A DNA stretch of 32,845 nt, from NCBI GenBank assembly GCA_030615655.1, contig JAUWYU010000002.1:1-32845 (forward strand), in the 5' to 3' direction. Under the pieces are notes generated by a model. It did no database searches, was not told the DNA's origin, and saw only the letters and a program-made list of their open reading frames with translations. Positions 1-6,804 of this stretch are shown in pieces; the stretch's first letter is position 1, and each line of letters starts with the position of its first letter. The DNA comes from Dehalococcoidia bacterium (GTDB lineage Bacteria; Chloroflexota; Dehalococcoidia; Dehalococcoidales; RBG-16-60-22). Made by a program: the position numbers and the translations under genes.

Positions 1-435
1 GGAGCGGGCGCCGGCAATGAGCGTTACCTTTTTCCCTTCCTTTAGGGCGACATCGGTGAGGAAGCGGAGGGGGGCGATACCGATACCGCCGGCTACAAGC
101 AGGAGATTTTTTGAATCCGGACTAATCGTGAAGCCGCTGCCCAGCGGCCCGAAGATATCGACAGTGTCGCCGGCTTTGCGCCGGGAGAGCCAGTCGGTGC
201 CTTTGCCGACCACGGTGAAGAGCAGGGCGAGTCTGACCCCGTCAACGCGGTGGACGCTGAGGGGCCGGCGCAGGAGGGTATCCCGGCCGCAGTAGACCAT
301 GAGGAACTGCCCGGGGCTGGTGGCGGGGGCTACCCCGGGGGCTTCCAGCCAGAGAAGGCGAGTCCCCGGCATGACCTCGGTGTTGGAGATAACGGGGGCC
401 GAGCAGATAAAAGTTTCAGGTGGTTTGGTGGTCAA
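1..435 (-). CDS. pyrK: Dihydroorotate dehydrogenase electron-transfer subunit PyrK, N-terminal part; continues past the left window edge
   Basis: Not in the ORF track because it runs off the edge. Reverse-complement translation from TTG (435..433) gives (M)TTKPPETFICSAPVISNTEVMPGTRLLWLEAPGVAPATSPGQFLMVYCGRDTLLRRPLSVHRVDG...DIFGPLGSGF...LLLVAGGIGIAPLRFL. This is the ferredoxin-reductase-type fold with PGQF, RRPxS, GPxG and AGGxGxAP motifs. AAGGAG RBS at 449..444, 8 nt upstream. Lies downstream of pyrR-pyrB-pyrC on the same strand. Confidence 0.75.
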   Translation of the reverse strand, partial: MTTKPPETFICSAPVISNTEVMPGTRLLWLEAPGVAPATSPGQFLMVYCGRDTLLRRPLSVHRVDGVRLALLFTVVGKGTDWLSRRKAGDTVDIFGPLGSGFTISPDSKNLLLVAGGIGIAPLRFLTDVALKEGKKVTLIAGARS

Positions 436-1640
436 TGTGGGTGCTCCTTAGATATTTCATCAAGGTTAATTCCAAGTTCTTTGATAGCTTCGATAAACGT
501 ATCAATTTCTGGTTCGCTCATCCTTTCTGTAGAAATAGTTGGATATTTGTGTTTTGATACGCTGGAAAATTCTCTAGCTAACCTTGGTATACTTCGTAAT
601 TTCCCCAAATATTTATTCCCTGCCTCAGCACTACTTTTTCTTAATATGATATCAGGCCAGATTTGAAGCTTGCCGTTACTAAACGCCGTAAATATTGTTC
701 CACCATTAATACAGCCTTTCCAAGGCATCCTGTAGCTGTAACCTGAGACTCCCCAGTTTATAAAGTCCCCGTTGACAAAACGACTTTCCTCTAAATCTTT
801 AGCCTTAGAGTACAGGTATATTGCTTTTTCGTGTCCACCTTCTTTACATCTATTAATGAAAATCTCCTCATTTATTTTTGTTGATTTTATTTTTCTTGTT
901 GTACTTTTTTCAAGGATTCTCATAAGAAGACTAGCAAAACCTACATATTCAAGAGTCTGAAAGGGATTCGATTGAGGAATAATTTTATGGGCTTTTGGGT
1001 TCCTTATAGCACCTGCAGCACCCTTATACAGAAACATGAACCCTTGCTGTTCACTACGGTCGGTACTATTTTTTAGCTCATTAATACGGATTATTGGATA
1101 TTTAGTTATCTTTTTAAGGTCTTTATCATAGTCGAATGAAAATACTTTGTTCATCAAATCATCGCCGTCTAGGTCAAGCCCTGTTACTTCTTTAACGTAA
1201 TCTATTAATCCGATGAAAGCATCAAGAATCGCACCGCGATAGTTGCCAGCAATAAAATATGACCTACTGGCCTCAATTACTCTAGGGTGAAATTGCATTT
1301 CATCAAAAAGATCATTAGGAGAATTTAAGGCATCCTTTTTCTCAGCGACATCTTCATAACGAGTTAATTCAATCGTTTCAATTATTGATGCTAAGGCTGC
1401 CTCTCTTCTATCCAGGTCTTTATAGTATTCTTTAAATTTTTCTTCTATAGCGCCGCGTTTAATCCCAGATTCCTTGAATGTTTGATACTCGATAGAATCC
1501 TCACCGAAGACTTTAAATAAGAACAATTCGATTGTTGTGCACCATCTTGGGAACTTATTGTTATTAATGGCTAATCTTTCGAAGCTGCTAAACTCTTGCA
1601 TTTTCTGATTTAGAAATTTCAGAACTTCACTTTTGTCCAT
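432..1640 (-). CDS. 402-aa protein with a central TIGR02391 (Hypoth_Ymh)-like domain carrying an R-x4-H (HEPN-type) motif; N- and C-terminal regions unrecognised
   Basis: Long ORF with AGGAGGGGAGG RBS upstream. Residues about 115-245 (FHPRVIEASRSYFIAGNYRGAILDAFIGLIDYVKEVTG...DGDDLMNKVFS...QQGFMFLYKGAAGAIRNPKAHK) match the TIGR02391 signature as I recall it. RNPKAH is encoded at 987..1004. Sampled 60-nt lines give 33-35% GC, against about 63% in adjacent pyrC. Confidence 0.8.
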   Translation of the reverse strand: MDKSEVLKFLNQKMQEFSSFERLAINNNKFPRWCTTIELFLFKVFGEDSIEYQTFKESGIKRGAIEEKFKEYYKDLDRREAALASIIETIELTRYEDVAEKKDALNSPNDLFDEMQFHPRVIEASRSYFIAGNYRGAILDAFIGLIDYVKEVTGLDLDGDDLMNKVFSFDYDKDLKKITKYPIIRINELKNSTDRSEQQGFMFLYKGAAGAIRNPKAHKIIPQSNPFQTLEYVGFASLLMRILEKSTTRKIKSTKINEEIFINRCKEGGHEKAIYLYSKAKDLEESRFVNGDFINWGVSGYSYRMPWKGCINGGTIFTAFSNGKLQIWPDIILRKSSAEAGNKYLGKLRSIPRLAREFSSVSKHKYPTISTERMSEPEIDTFIEAIKELGINLDEISKEHPH

Positions 1641-1707
1641 CTTTTCTACCTCCCCTCCTTTAGCCCCCTTAAAACAGGGGATAGGGTTACCACTAAAAAT
1701 CCCTTTA

Positions 1708-3012
1708 TTATCTTACCTCTATTTCGAGAGAGTCATCCATATAGACCGGCTTCCCGCTGAAAAGGGTCGCCATGACTTTGCCTTTGAGGGTGGCGCCGGC
1801 AAGGGGGGTGTTTTTGCCCTTGGAGGCGAAAAGAGACGTGTCGACCACCCATTCGCGGTGAAGGTCGAAGACGGTGATATCGGCGGGTAAACCGACCTCC
1901 AGAGTGCCCAGCTTCTCGTAACCGAGAACGCGCGCCGGGCCGACGGTCAGCGCGGCGATGAGGGTGTTCAGGCTAAGGTCGTTGTTAAAAATAAGGCCCA
2001 CCAGGCTGCCCAGGGCTGTTTCCAGTCCGCTGATGCCGAAGGCGGCTTTGATGAATTCACAGTCCTTATCGGCGGCGGTGTGGGGGGCATGGTCGGTGGC
2101 GACGATATCAATGACGCCGTCGTTCAGTCCCCGGAGAAGCGCTACAGTGTCCCGACTCGTTCTCAGGGGCGGGTTCACCTTGGCACCGGTATTGAATCCC
2201 AGCGCCGCTTCCTCGGTCAGGGTGAGGTGGTGGGGAGTAACCTCGGCGGTGACCGGTATTCCCTGCTCCTTAGCCCTGCGGATAAGCTCAACCGAGCCCT
2301 CGGTGCTGACATGAGCGATGTGCACATGGCCGCCGGTCTGGCGGGCCAGAGCCAGGTCGCGCTGCACGATGGTTTCCTCGGCGGCGACGGGTATGCCGCA
2401 AAGTCCCAGCTCCAGTGAAACGATGCCTTCGTTTATCTGTCCGCCCTCGCTGAGTGTTTTGTTCTCACAGTGGTCGATTATCGGCAGGCCGAAGGCGCGG
2501 CTATAGTCCAGGGCCTGTCGCATAATCAGGGGGCTCCTGACCGGCTCGCCATCGTCGCTGTAGGCAACAACGCCGGCCACCTCAAGCTCGCCCATGTCAA
2601 CCATTTCATCTCCCCTTATCCCCCTGGTAACGCGGCCTATCGGCAGCACCCGTATGACGCCCTCCTGCGCCGCGATTGCTTTGACATAGCTAACGGTCGC
2701 CTCGTTATCCAGAGGCGGGTTGGTATTGGCCATGCAGCAGACGGTGGTAAAGCCTCCCCTGGCCGCCGCCTGTGTTCCGGTGGCGATGGTCTCCTTCTCC
2801 TCAAATCCGGGCTGGCGGAGGTGGCAATGGAGGTCGATGAAGCCGGGGCAGACGATGAAACCTTCGGCATTAAGAGCATCATAGTCCGACTGTGGTGGAG
2901 TCCCTTCTCCCAGCCAGGCGATTTTACCTTCGGTGATGAGCAGGCCGCCGATGATATCAATTCCCTGACCGGGGTCAATTATGCGGCCACCCCGGATAAG
3001 CAGTGATTTCAT
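1708..3012 (-). CDS. pyrC: Dihydroorotase
   Basis: MKSLLIRGGRIIDP...GFIDLHCHLRQPG...DHAPH motifs typical of the amidohydrolase-type dihydroorotase. Start trimmed to the ATG at 3012 (MKSLL) because the longer track ORF overlaps pyrB. pyr operon context. Confidence 0.9.
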   Translation of the reverse strand: MKSLLIRGGRIIDPGQGIDIIGGLLITEGKIAWLGEGTPPQSDYDALNAEGFIVCPGFIDLHCHLRQPGFEEKETIATGTQAAARGGFTTVCCMANTNPPLDNEATVSYVKAIAAQEGVIRVLPIGRVTRGIRGDEMVDMGELEVAGVVAYSDDGEPVRSPLIMRQALDYSRAFGLPIIDHCENKTLSEGGQINEGIVSLELGLCGIPVAAEETIVQRDLALARQTGGHVHIAHVSTEGSVELIRRAKEQGIPVTAEVTPHHLTLTEEAALGFNTGAKVNPPLRTSRDTVALLRGLNDGVIDIVATDHAPHTAADKDCEFIKAAFGISGLETALGSLVGLIFNNDLSLNTLIAALTVGPARVLGYEKLGTLEVGLPADITVFDLHREWVVDTSLFASKGKNTPLAGATLKGKVMATLFSGKPVYMDDSLEIEVR

Positions 3013-3019
3013 CGATTTT

Positions 3020-4423
3020 CTAATGGTGGCCTCCCGTAAAGTGGCTGGGCTTGAATCCGTGGGCCTGTGCCGCCTCTTCCGTATCGAAAACAATCAGGTT
3101 CTCCGGCCGGATGGTCCGGACCCAATGGCTGTCAGCGCTGTGGTATTTCTTGGTATCCAGTTTGCCTTCATGCCAGTCGGCGCTGGCAACATATTTCGGT
3201 TCAAACCCGTGTTCGCAGTAGACGCACCTTAACGTTAGAGGCCGGGTGTTCACTATTTTGAACTCGGGCTTGAGGTACTTTGTTTCGGTTTCCTGAATCG
3301 ATACGCAGGTTGGATTGGGGCATGCGGGGCTTAAATACCGGCGATAGACAGGGTATTCTATTTTGGGAGGGGAGTCTTCCTCGGGAACGGCAATTTCTCT
3401 GGCGCCCAACAGCGTGGCGAGGAGCGCCATCCTGATAGGTACCCCCCGGGCGGCCTGTTCGAAGTACTTGCTTCTCGGGTCGGCATCAACTTCGTAAGCC
3501 AGTTCGTCGACCCGGGGCAGGGGGTGCATGACCAGCGTTTGCCGGAAAGCCTTGCCCTTGAGCAGCTTCTTATCTACCACCGGGTATTTTCCCTTGAGCT
3601 CCCGTCCCTCTTCGGCAGCGGCGAATCTCTCTTTTTGCGGTCGGGTAACGTAGAGGGCGTCAACGCCGGACTTCAACTCGGCCTGAAGGCTGATGCCCGG
3701 CATCATCGCCAGCTGGTGGGGGCTGCTGGGTGTCGTGTAAATGGCGTCCAGGGGAAAGAGATTGTCCTTAGCCTCCCAGCCTGAAGTTTCCAGTCTTTCC
3801 ACCTCGCCGCCGTATTCTGTAATCAGTTTATTGATAACGTGCTCGGGCACCTCCAGGCCGGGGCTGGGGCAGAAGAGAATATCGGCTCCGAATCTGGCCA
3901 GCGCGAAAATCAGGGAGTGGATTGTCCGGCCGTATTTTAAATCACCCCACAAGGCAATTTTCAGTCCTTTAACGGTATTTCTTTCCTTCTGGAGGGTGTA
4001 GAGGTCACACAGCGTCTGGGTGGGGTGCTGGTGACCGCCGTCGCCGGCATTGATAACCGGGATACCGGCGAAGTCGGCCACGACCTTGGCGGCGCCTTCC
4101 CACGGGTGGCGGACGACAATGATATCGGCATAGCTACCGACGATTCGCGCCGTATCCGCAATACTTTCACCCTTGGCCAGGGAGCTGGCACCGACGTCCG
4201 AGGCGGTAATAACACTCCCACCGAGCCGCTGCATGGCGGCTTCGAACGAGAGCCTTGTCCTGGTGCTCGGTTCAAAGAAGAGGCTGGCCATAATCTTGCC
4301 CCGGCACAGGCCGTGCTGCTCTTCCATCGCCGCCGACATTTCATCGGCCAGGGAAAAGAGCGCCAGTACTTCGCCGTTGGAGAGGTCGTCTATGGTAACC
4401 AAGCTTCTATTTGTCAGTGTCAT
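3020..4423 (-). CDS. pyrB: Aspartate carbamoyltransferase catalytic chain fused to a PyrI-type zinc domain plus a 60-aa C-terminal tail
   Basis: STRTR, HPTQ and HPLPR motifs of ATCase within residues 1-340. Residues about 355-407 (CPNPTCVS...LRCVYCEH) resemble the C-terminal Zn domain of PyrI. 467 aa, compared with about 310 aa for a stand-alone PyrB. Confidence 0.9.
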   Translation of the reverse strand: MTLTNRSLVTIDDLSNGEVLALFSLADEMSAAMEEQHGLCRGKIMASLFFEPSTRTRLSFEAAMQRLGGSVITASDVGASSLAKGESIADTARIVGSYADIIVVRHPWEGAAKVVADFAGIPVINAGDGGHQHPTQTLCDLYTLQKERNTVKGLKIALWGDLKYGRTIHSLIFALARFGADILFCPSPGLEVPEHVINKLITEYGGEVERLETSGWEAKDNLFPLDAIYTTPSSPHQLAMMPGISLQAELKSGVDALYVTRPQKERFAAAEEGRELKGKYPVVDKKLLKGKAFRQTLVMHPLPRVDELAYEVDADPRSKYFEQAARGVPIRMALLATLLGAREIAVPEEDSPPKIEYPVYRRYLSPACPNPTCVSIQETETKYLKPEFKIVNTRPLTLRCVYCEHGFEPKYVASADWHEGKLDTKKYHSADSHWVRTIRPENLIVFDTEEAAQAHGFKPSHFTGGHH

Positions 4424-4444
4424 GGTAACTCCTCCGTCCCGATT

Positions 4445-5026
4445 TCATCGGAATTCCTGCTTCTCCGGTTGACTGGTAGCGGGTCTATTGTCGGGCGGGC
4501 TTATGATGGCTACCTCATCGACGCCATCAGTCTCTAGCAAGCGAACCTTAATATCTTCATGCCGGGCGCTGGGTATGTTCTTGCCGACATAGTCCGCGCG
4601 TATCGGCATCTCACGGTGACCGCGGTCAATAAGGACGGCCAGTTGAATGGAGCGCGGTCTTCCCAGGTCAACCAGGGCGTCCATGGCGGCGCGAATGCTG
4701 CGTCCGGTATAGAGGACATCATCAACGAGCACCACGGATTTGCCGTCGATACCGGCCGGTATGTCGGTGTTCCGGACGATAGAGTTGGCTTCTGATGCGG
4801 GCAGGTCGTCCCGGTATGAGCTGAAGTCCAGAGCGCCGACGAGCAGTTTAGATTTATCGTAGATCTCGATATTGGCGGCCAGCCGCCCGGCCAGGGGGAC
4901 GCCCCGGGTTTGCAGGCCGACCAGCACCAGGTGGTCGGTGGACTTGTTGCGCTCGATAATTTCGTGGGCAATGCGGGCGAGGGTGCGCCGGATGTCCTCG
5001 GCCGTCATTACGATTTTATTATGCAT
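4445..5026 (-). CDS. pyrR: Bifunctional pyrimidine operon regulator / uracil phosphoribosyltransferase PyrR
   Basis: [27 protein letters not shown]...[16 protein letters not shown] (PRPP-binding motif). Start placed at the ATG at 5026, preceded by a GAGG RBS. First gene of the pyr operon, with a PyrR attenuator upstream. Confidence 0.9.
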   Translation of the reverse strand: MHNKIVMTAEDIRRTLARIAHEIIERNKSTDHLVLVGLQTRGVPLAGRLAANIEIYDKSKLLVGALDFSSYRDDLPASEANSIVRNTDIPAGIDGKSVVLVDDVLYTGRSIRAAMDALVDLGRPRSIQLAVLIDRGHREMPIRADYVGKNIPSARHEDIKVRLLETDGVDEVAIISPPDNRPATSQPEKQEFR

Positions 5027-5059
5027 AAAAATAACCTCTTGCACCGGCTGGCAAGAGGT
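5027..5059 (-). terminator. Intrinsic terminator of the pyr leader (attenuator), directly upstream of the pyrR start codon
   Basis: Minus-strand sequence ACCTCTTGC-cagccggt-GCAAGAGGT followed by TATTTTT then ATG. Perfect 9-bp stem. The 3' arm contains the pyrR RBS. Confidence 0.65.
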
Positions 5060-5087
5060 CATACTTAAGCGTATTCCCGTTGTATTT

Positions 5088-5118
5088 CCTTGCCAGCCTC
5101 GCGGGACTGGTTTAAAGG
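5088..5118 (-). promoter_or_regulatory. PyrR-binding RNA stem-loop (anti-antiterminator) in the pyr leader
   Basis: Minus-strand CCTTTAAACCAGTCCCGCGAGGCTGGCAAGG contains the conserved AGUCC-G-GAGGCU...AAGG PyrR binding-loop pattern. Its 3' half GGCTGGCAAG is perfectly complementary to CTTGCCAGCC in the terminator 5' arm, which would form the antiterminator. Confidence 0.6.
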
Positions 5119-5151
5119 TTCTAAGTTGGCTCCTTCCGGTTTATTTGGATA

Positions 5152-5181
5152 GAGTATAGCAGAAAAGGGGGGAGGGGAGCA
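5152..5181 (-). promoter_or_regulatory. Candidate sigma70-type promoter of the pyr operon
   Basis: Minus strand TTGCTC (5181..5176), 18-nt spacer, TATACT (5157..5152), placed about 30 nt upstream of the PyrR binding loop. Confidence 0.4.
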
Positions 5182-5232
5182 AGGGTTTGTTATAATTAAG
5201 CTTTGTTAGAGTTCATCAAGGTAGCGCATGTT

Positions 5233-5655
5233 CTACCCCTCACCCCACGCTTTCTTCGCTACCTCAATATCATAGATGTAGTCCCGGACCAGAACGGCCT
5301 TGCCCTTTTTAAGGTTGATTGTGGTGACGCCGCTATTTTGAAATTCTTTTCCGTCCCGGTTTGTAAGCTTGGTGTCCCAATGTACGGCAACATGGTTTGT
5401 GCCCACCATATCAAAAATGTTTTGAAGGCAGATATGCTTCAGGGTGAAGTTGACCTGGGTGAACTGTTCCATGAATTTCCGAAACCACTCCTCTATAGCC
5501 TTCTTGCCTTTTATCTCGCCACTGACAGATAAATTACCGGGATAAATAAAAGTGGCGTCGTCTGCCCAGGCAGCTAGAAAAGTATCCATGTCGTGCTGAT
5601 TCAGGGAATTGAATCCGGAGCGTATCTTACTTCTAGCAATAAAGGTACCTATCAT
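5233..5655 (-). CDS. SnoaL-like / NTF2-fold family protein
   Basis: 140 aa with the pattern ...FNSLNQHDMDTFLAAWADDATFIYPG...G..AIEEWF.. typical of the SnoaL/NTF2-like fold. AAAGGAGA RBS upstream. Confidence 0.75.
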   Translation of the reverse strand: MIGTFIARSKIRSGFNSLNQHDMDTFLAAWADDATFIYPGNLSVSGEIKGKKAIEEWFRKFMEQFTQVNFTLKHICLQNIFDMVGTNHVAVHWDTKLTNRDGKEFQNSGVTTINLKKGKAVLVRDYIYDIEVAKKAWGEG

Positions 5656-5684
5656 GCTATTGGTCTCCTTTCATTTTTGCACAT

Positions 5685-5713
5685 ATGATAGACCTGTATA
5701 TGACATAAGTCAA
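5685..5713 (-). promoter_or_regulatory. Candidate promoter for the SnoaL-like gene
   Basis: Minus strand TTGACT (5713..5708), 17-nt spacer, TATCAT (5690..5685). Divergent from the tRNA promoter. Confidence 0.4.
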
Positions 5714-5731
5714 TACCATCTTCTCGTTATC

Positions 5732-5761
5732 TTGAACAATTATGATATAATGGACTATAAT
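5732..5761 (+). promoter_or_regulatory. Candidate promoter for the tRNA-Trp/tRNA-Leu pair
   Basis: TTGAAC (5732..5737), 18-nt spacer, TATAAT (5756..5761). The tRNA 5' end lies 12 nt downstream. Confidence 0.5.
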
Positions 5762-5772
5762 CTGGTGAGCGC

Positions 5773-5848
5773 AGGAGTGTAGCTCAGTTGGTAGAGCAGC
5801 GGTCTCCAAAACCGCCGGTCCGGGGTTCGAATCCTCGCACTCCTGCCA
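5773..5848 (+). tRNA. tRNA-Trp (anticodon CCA), 3' CCA encoded
   Basis: Manual cloverleaf: acceptor AGGAGTG/CACTCCT, D arm GCTC-AGTTGGTA-GAGC, anticodon arm GCGGT-CTCCAAA-ACCGC, T arm CGGGG-TTCGAAT-CCTCG, discriminator G, CCA. 76 nt. Confidence 0.9.
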
Positions 5849-5857
5849 TGATATTGC

Positions 5858-5944
5858 GCCGAGGTGGTGGAATCGGTAGACACGCCATCTTGAGGGGGTG
5901 GTGAGCGTAAGCTCGTGGGAGTTCAAATCTCCCCCTCGGCACCA
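5858..5944 (+). tRNA. tRNA-Leu (anticodon GAG), long variable arm, 3' CCA encoded
   Basis: Acceptor GCCGAGG/CCTCGGC, anticodon arm CCATC-TTGAGGG-GGTGG (U33, GAG, G37), long variable arm, T loop TTCAAAT. 87 nt. Confidence 0.9.
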
Positions 5945-6087
5945 TACGGAATTTAATATGGGGGCAGGATTACGGCTTTATCCCTTTATATAGAAGTTAT
6001 CTATTCCCGCCGCTGACTTACCGGGAGTATCCTGCCATTGTTACCGCCGTAGTTGACATAATAGTTATTTTAAAGCTGAGGAGTTAA

Positions 6088-6792
6088 ATGGCAGAGCAAG
6101 CCCGGTTGATTGATATCTACATTATGGGCAGGCGTTGTCAGGTCCCGGAGGGGCTGACCATCCTGACGGCGCTGGAGTACTGCGGCTACCGGATGATTCG
6201 CGGCTGCGGCTGTCGTGCCGGCTTCTGCGGCGCCTGCGCCACCATTTACAATTTCAAGAATGACCCCCAGTTGAGATACGACCTTGCCTGCCAGAAGACC
6301 GTGGAACCGGATATGTACCTGGTACAGGTTCCTTTCTTCCCGGCCGTTAAGGCTCTTTATGACCTGGAAAAGCTGGAGGCAACCGGCGGAAAGGTCCTGT
6401 CTCTCTACCCCGACCTGGTAAAGTGTTTTGGCTGTAACACCTGTACCAAGACCTGTCCCCAGGAACTCGAGGTAATGTGGTTTGTCTCTGATGCCCTGAG
6501 AGGCGATATCCGGGAGGTGGCCGACAAGTCTTTTGACTGCCTGATGTGCGGTTTGTGCGCGGCACGTTGCCCGCAGGGGCTGGTGCCTTATAATATGGCC
6601 CTGCTGTGCCGGCGCCTGTACGGTCGCTACCTGACACCCGTTTCCGAGCACCTGGAGGAACGAATAACTGAAATAGAAGCCGGCAAGTTTGATGCCGATA
6701 TAGAAGAATTGAAAAAGACTGCGGAGAAAGAGCTGCGCCGGAAGTACACCGAGCGTGACATGGAGCCGGCTCTGGAACAGCACTGGGAATAA
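6088..6792 (+). CDS. Iron-sulfur protein, succinate dehydrogenase/fumarate reductase Fe-S subunit-like (2Fe-2S plus two CxxCxxCxxxCP motifs)
   Basis: N-terminal GCGCRAGFCGAC (2Fe-2S ferredoxin-like), then CFGCNTCTKTCP and CLMCGLCAARCP. GAGGAG RBS. Ends 12 nt upstream of the flavoprotein gene. Confidence 0.8.
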   Translation: MAEQARLIDIYIMGRRCQVPEGLTILTALEYCGYRMIRGCGCRAGFCGACATIYNFKNDPQLRYDLACQKTVEPDMYLVQVPFFPAVKALYDLEKLEATGGKVLSLYPDLVKCFGCNTCTKTCPQELEVMWFVSDALRGDIREVADKSFDCLMCGLCAARCPQGLVPYNMALLCRRLYGRYLTPVSEHLEERITEIEAGKFDADIEELKKTAEKELRRKYTERDMEPALEQHWE

Positions 6793-6804
6793 GAGTATCT
6801 GAAA

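Noticed and set aside
17-666. Plus-strand track ORFs 17..295 and 250..666
   Set aside because: They are antisense to the well-supported pyrK N-terminus and to the 3' end of the HEPN-like gene. The products are Arg/Pro/Gly-rich and low in complexity, with no RBS. These are mirror ORFs of a GC-rich coding region.
1708-3093. N-terminal extensions of several track ORFs: pyrC to 3093, pyrR to 5062, nadB from 10090, lipoprotein from 15936, gyrB to 19010, response regulator from 23324
   Set aside because: In each case the extension overlaps the neighbouring gene or adds non-homologous sequence. An internal ATG with a good RBS matches the conserved family N-terminus, and these starts are used in the feature list.
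5657-5926. Minus-strand ORF of 89 aa
   Set aside because: It lies entirely across the tRNA promoter and the tRNA-Trp and tRNA-Leu genes. The tRNA cloverleaves explain this sequence.
5963-6036. 8-bp inverted repeat GGCAGGAT...ATCCTGCC downstream of tRNA-Leu
   Set aside because: The arms are separated by 58 nt, with no extension of pairing and no U-tract. There is not enough evidence for a terminator or a structured RNA.
6053-6087. TTGACA at 6053 as a promoter for the Fe-S/flavoprotein cluster
   Set aside because: No acceptable -10 hexamer occurs at 16-18 nt spacing, and the site is only 30 nt from the start codon. The real promoter may lie further upstream, or transcription may read through from the tRNAs.
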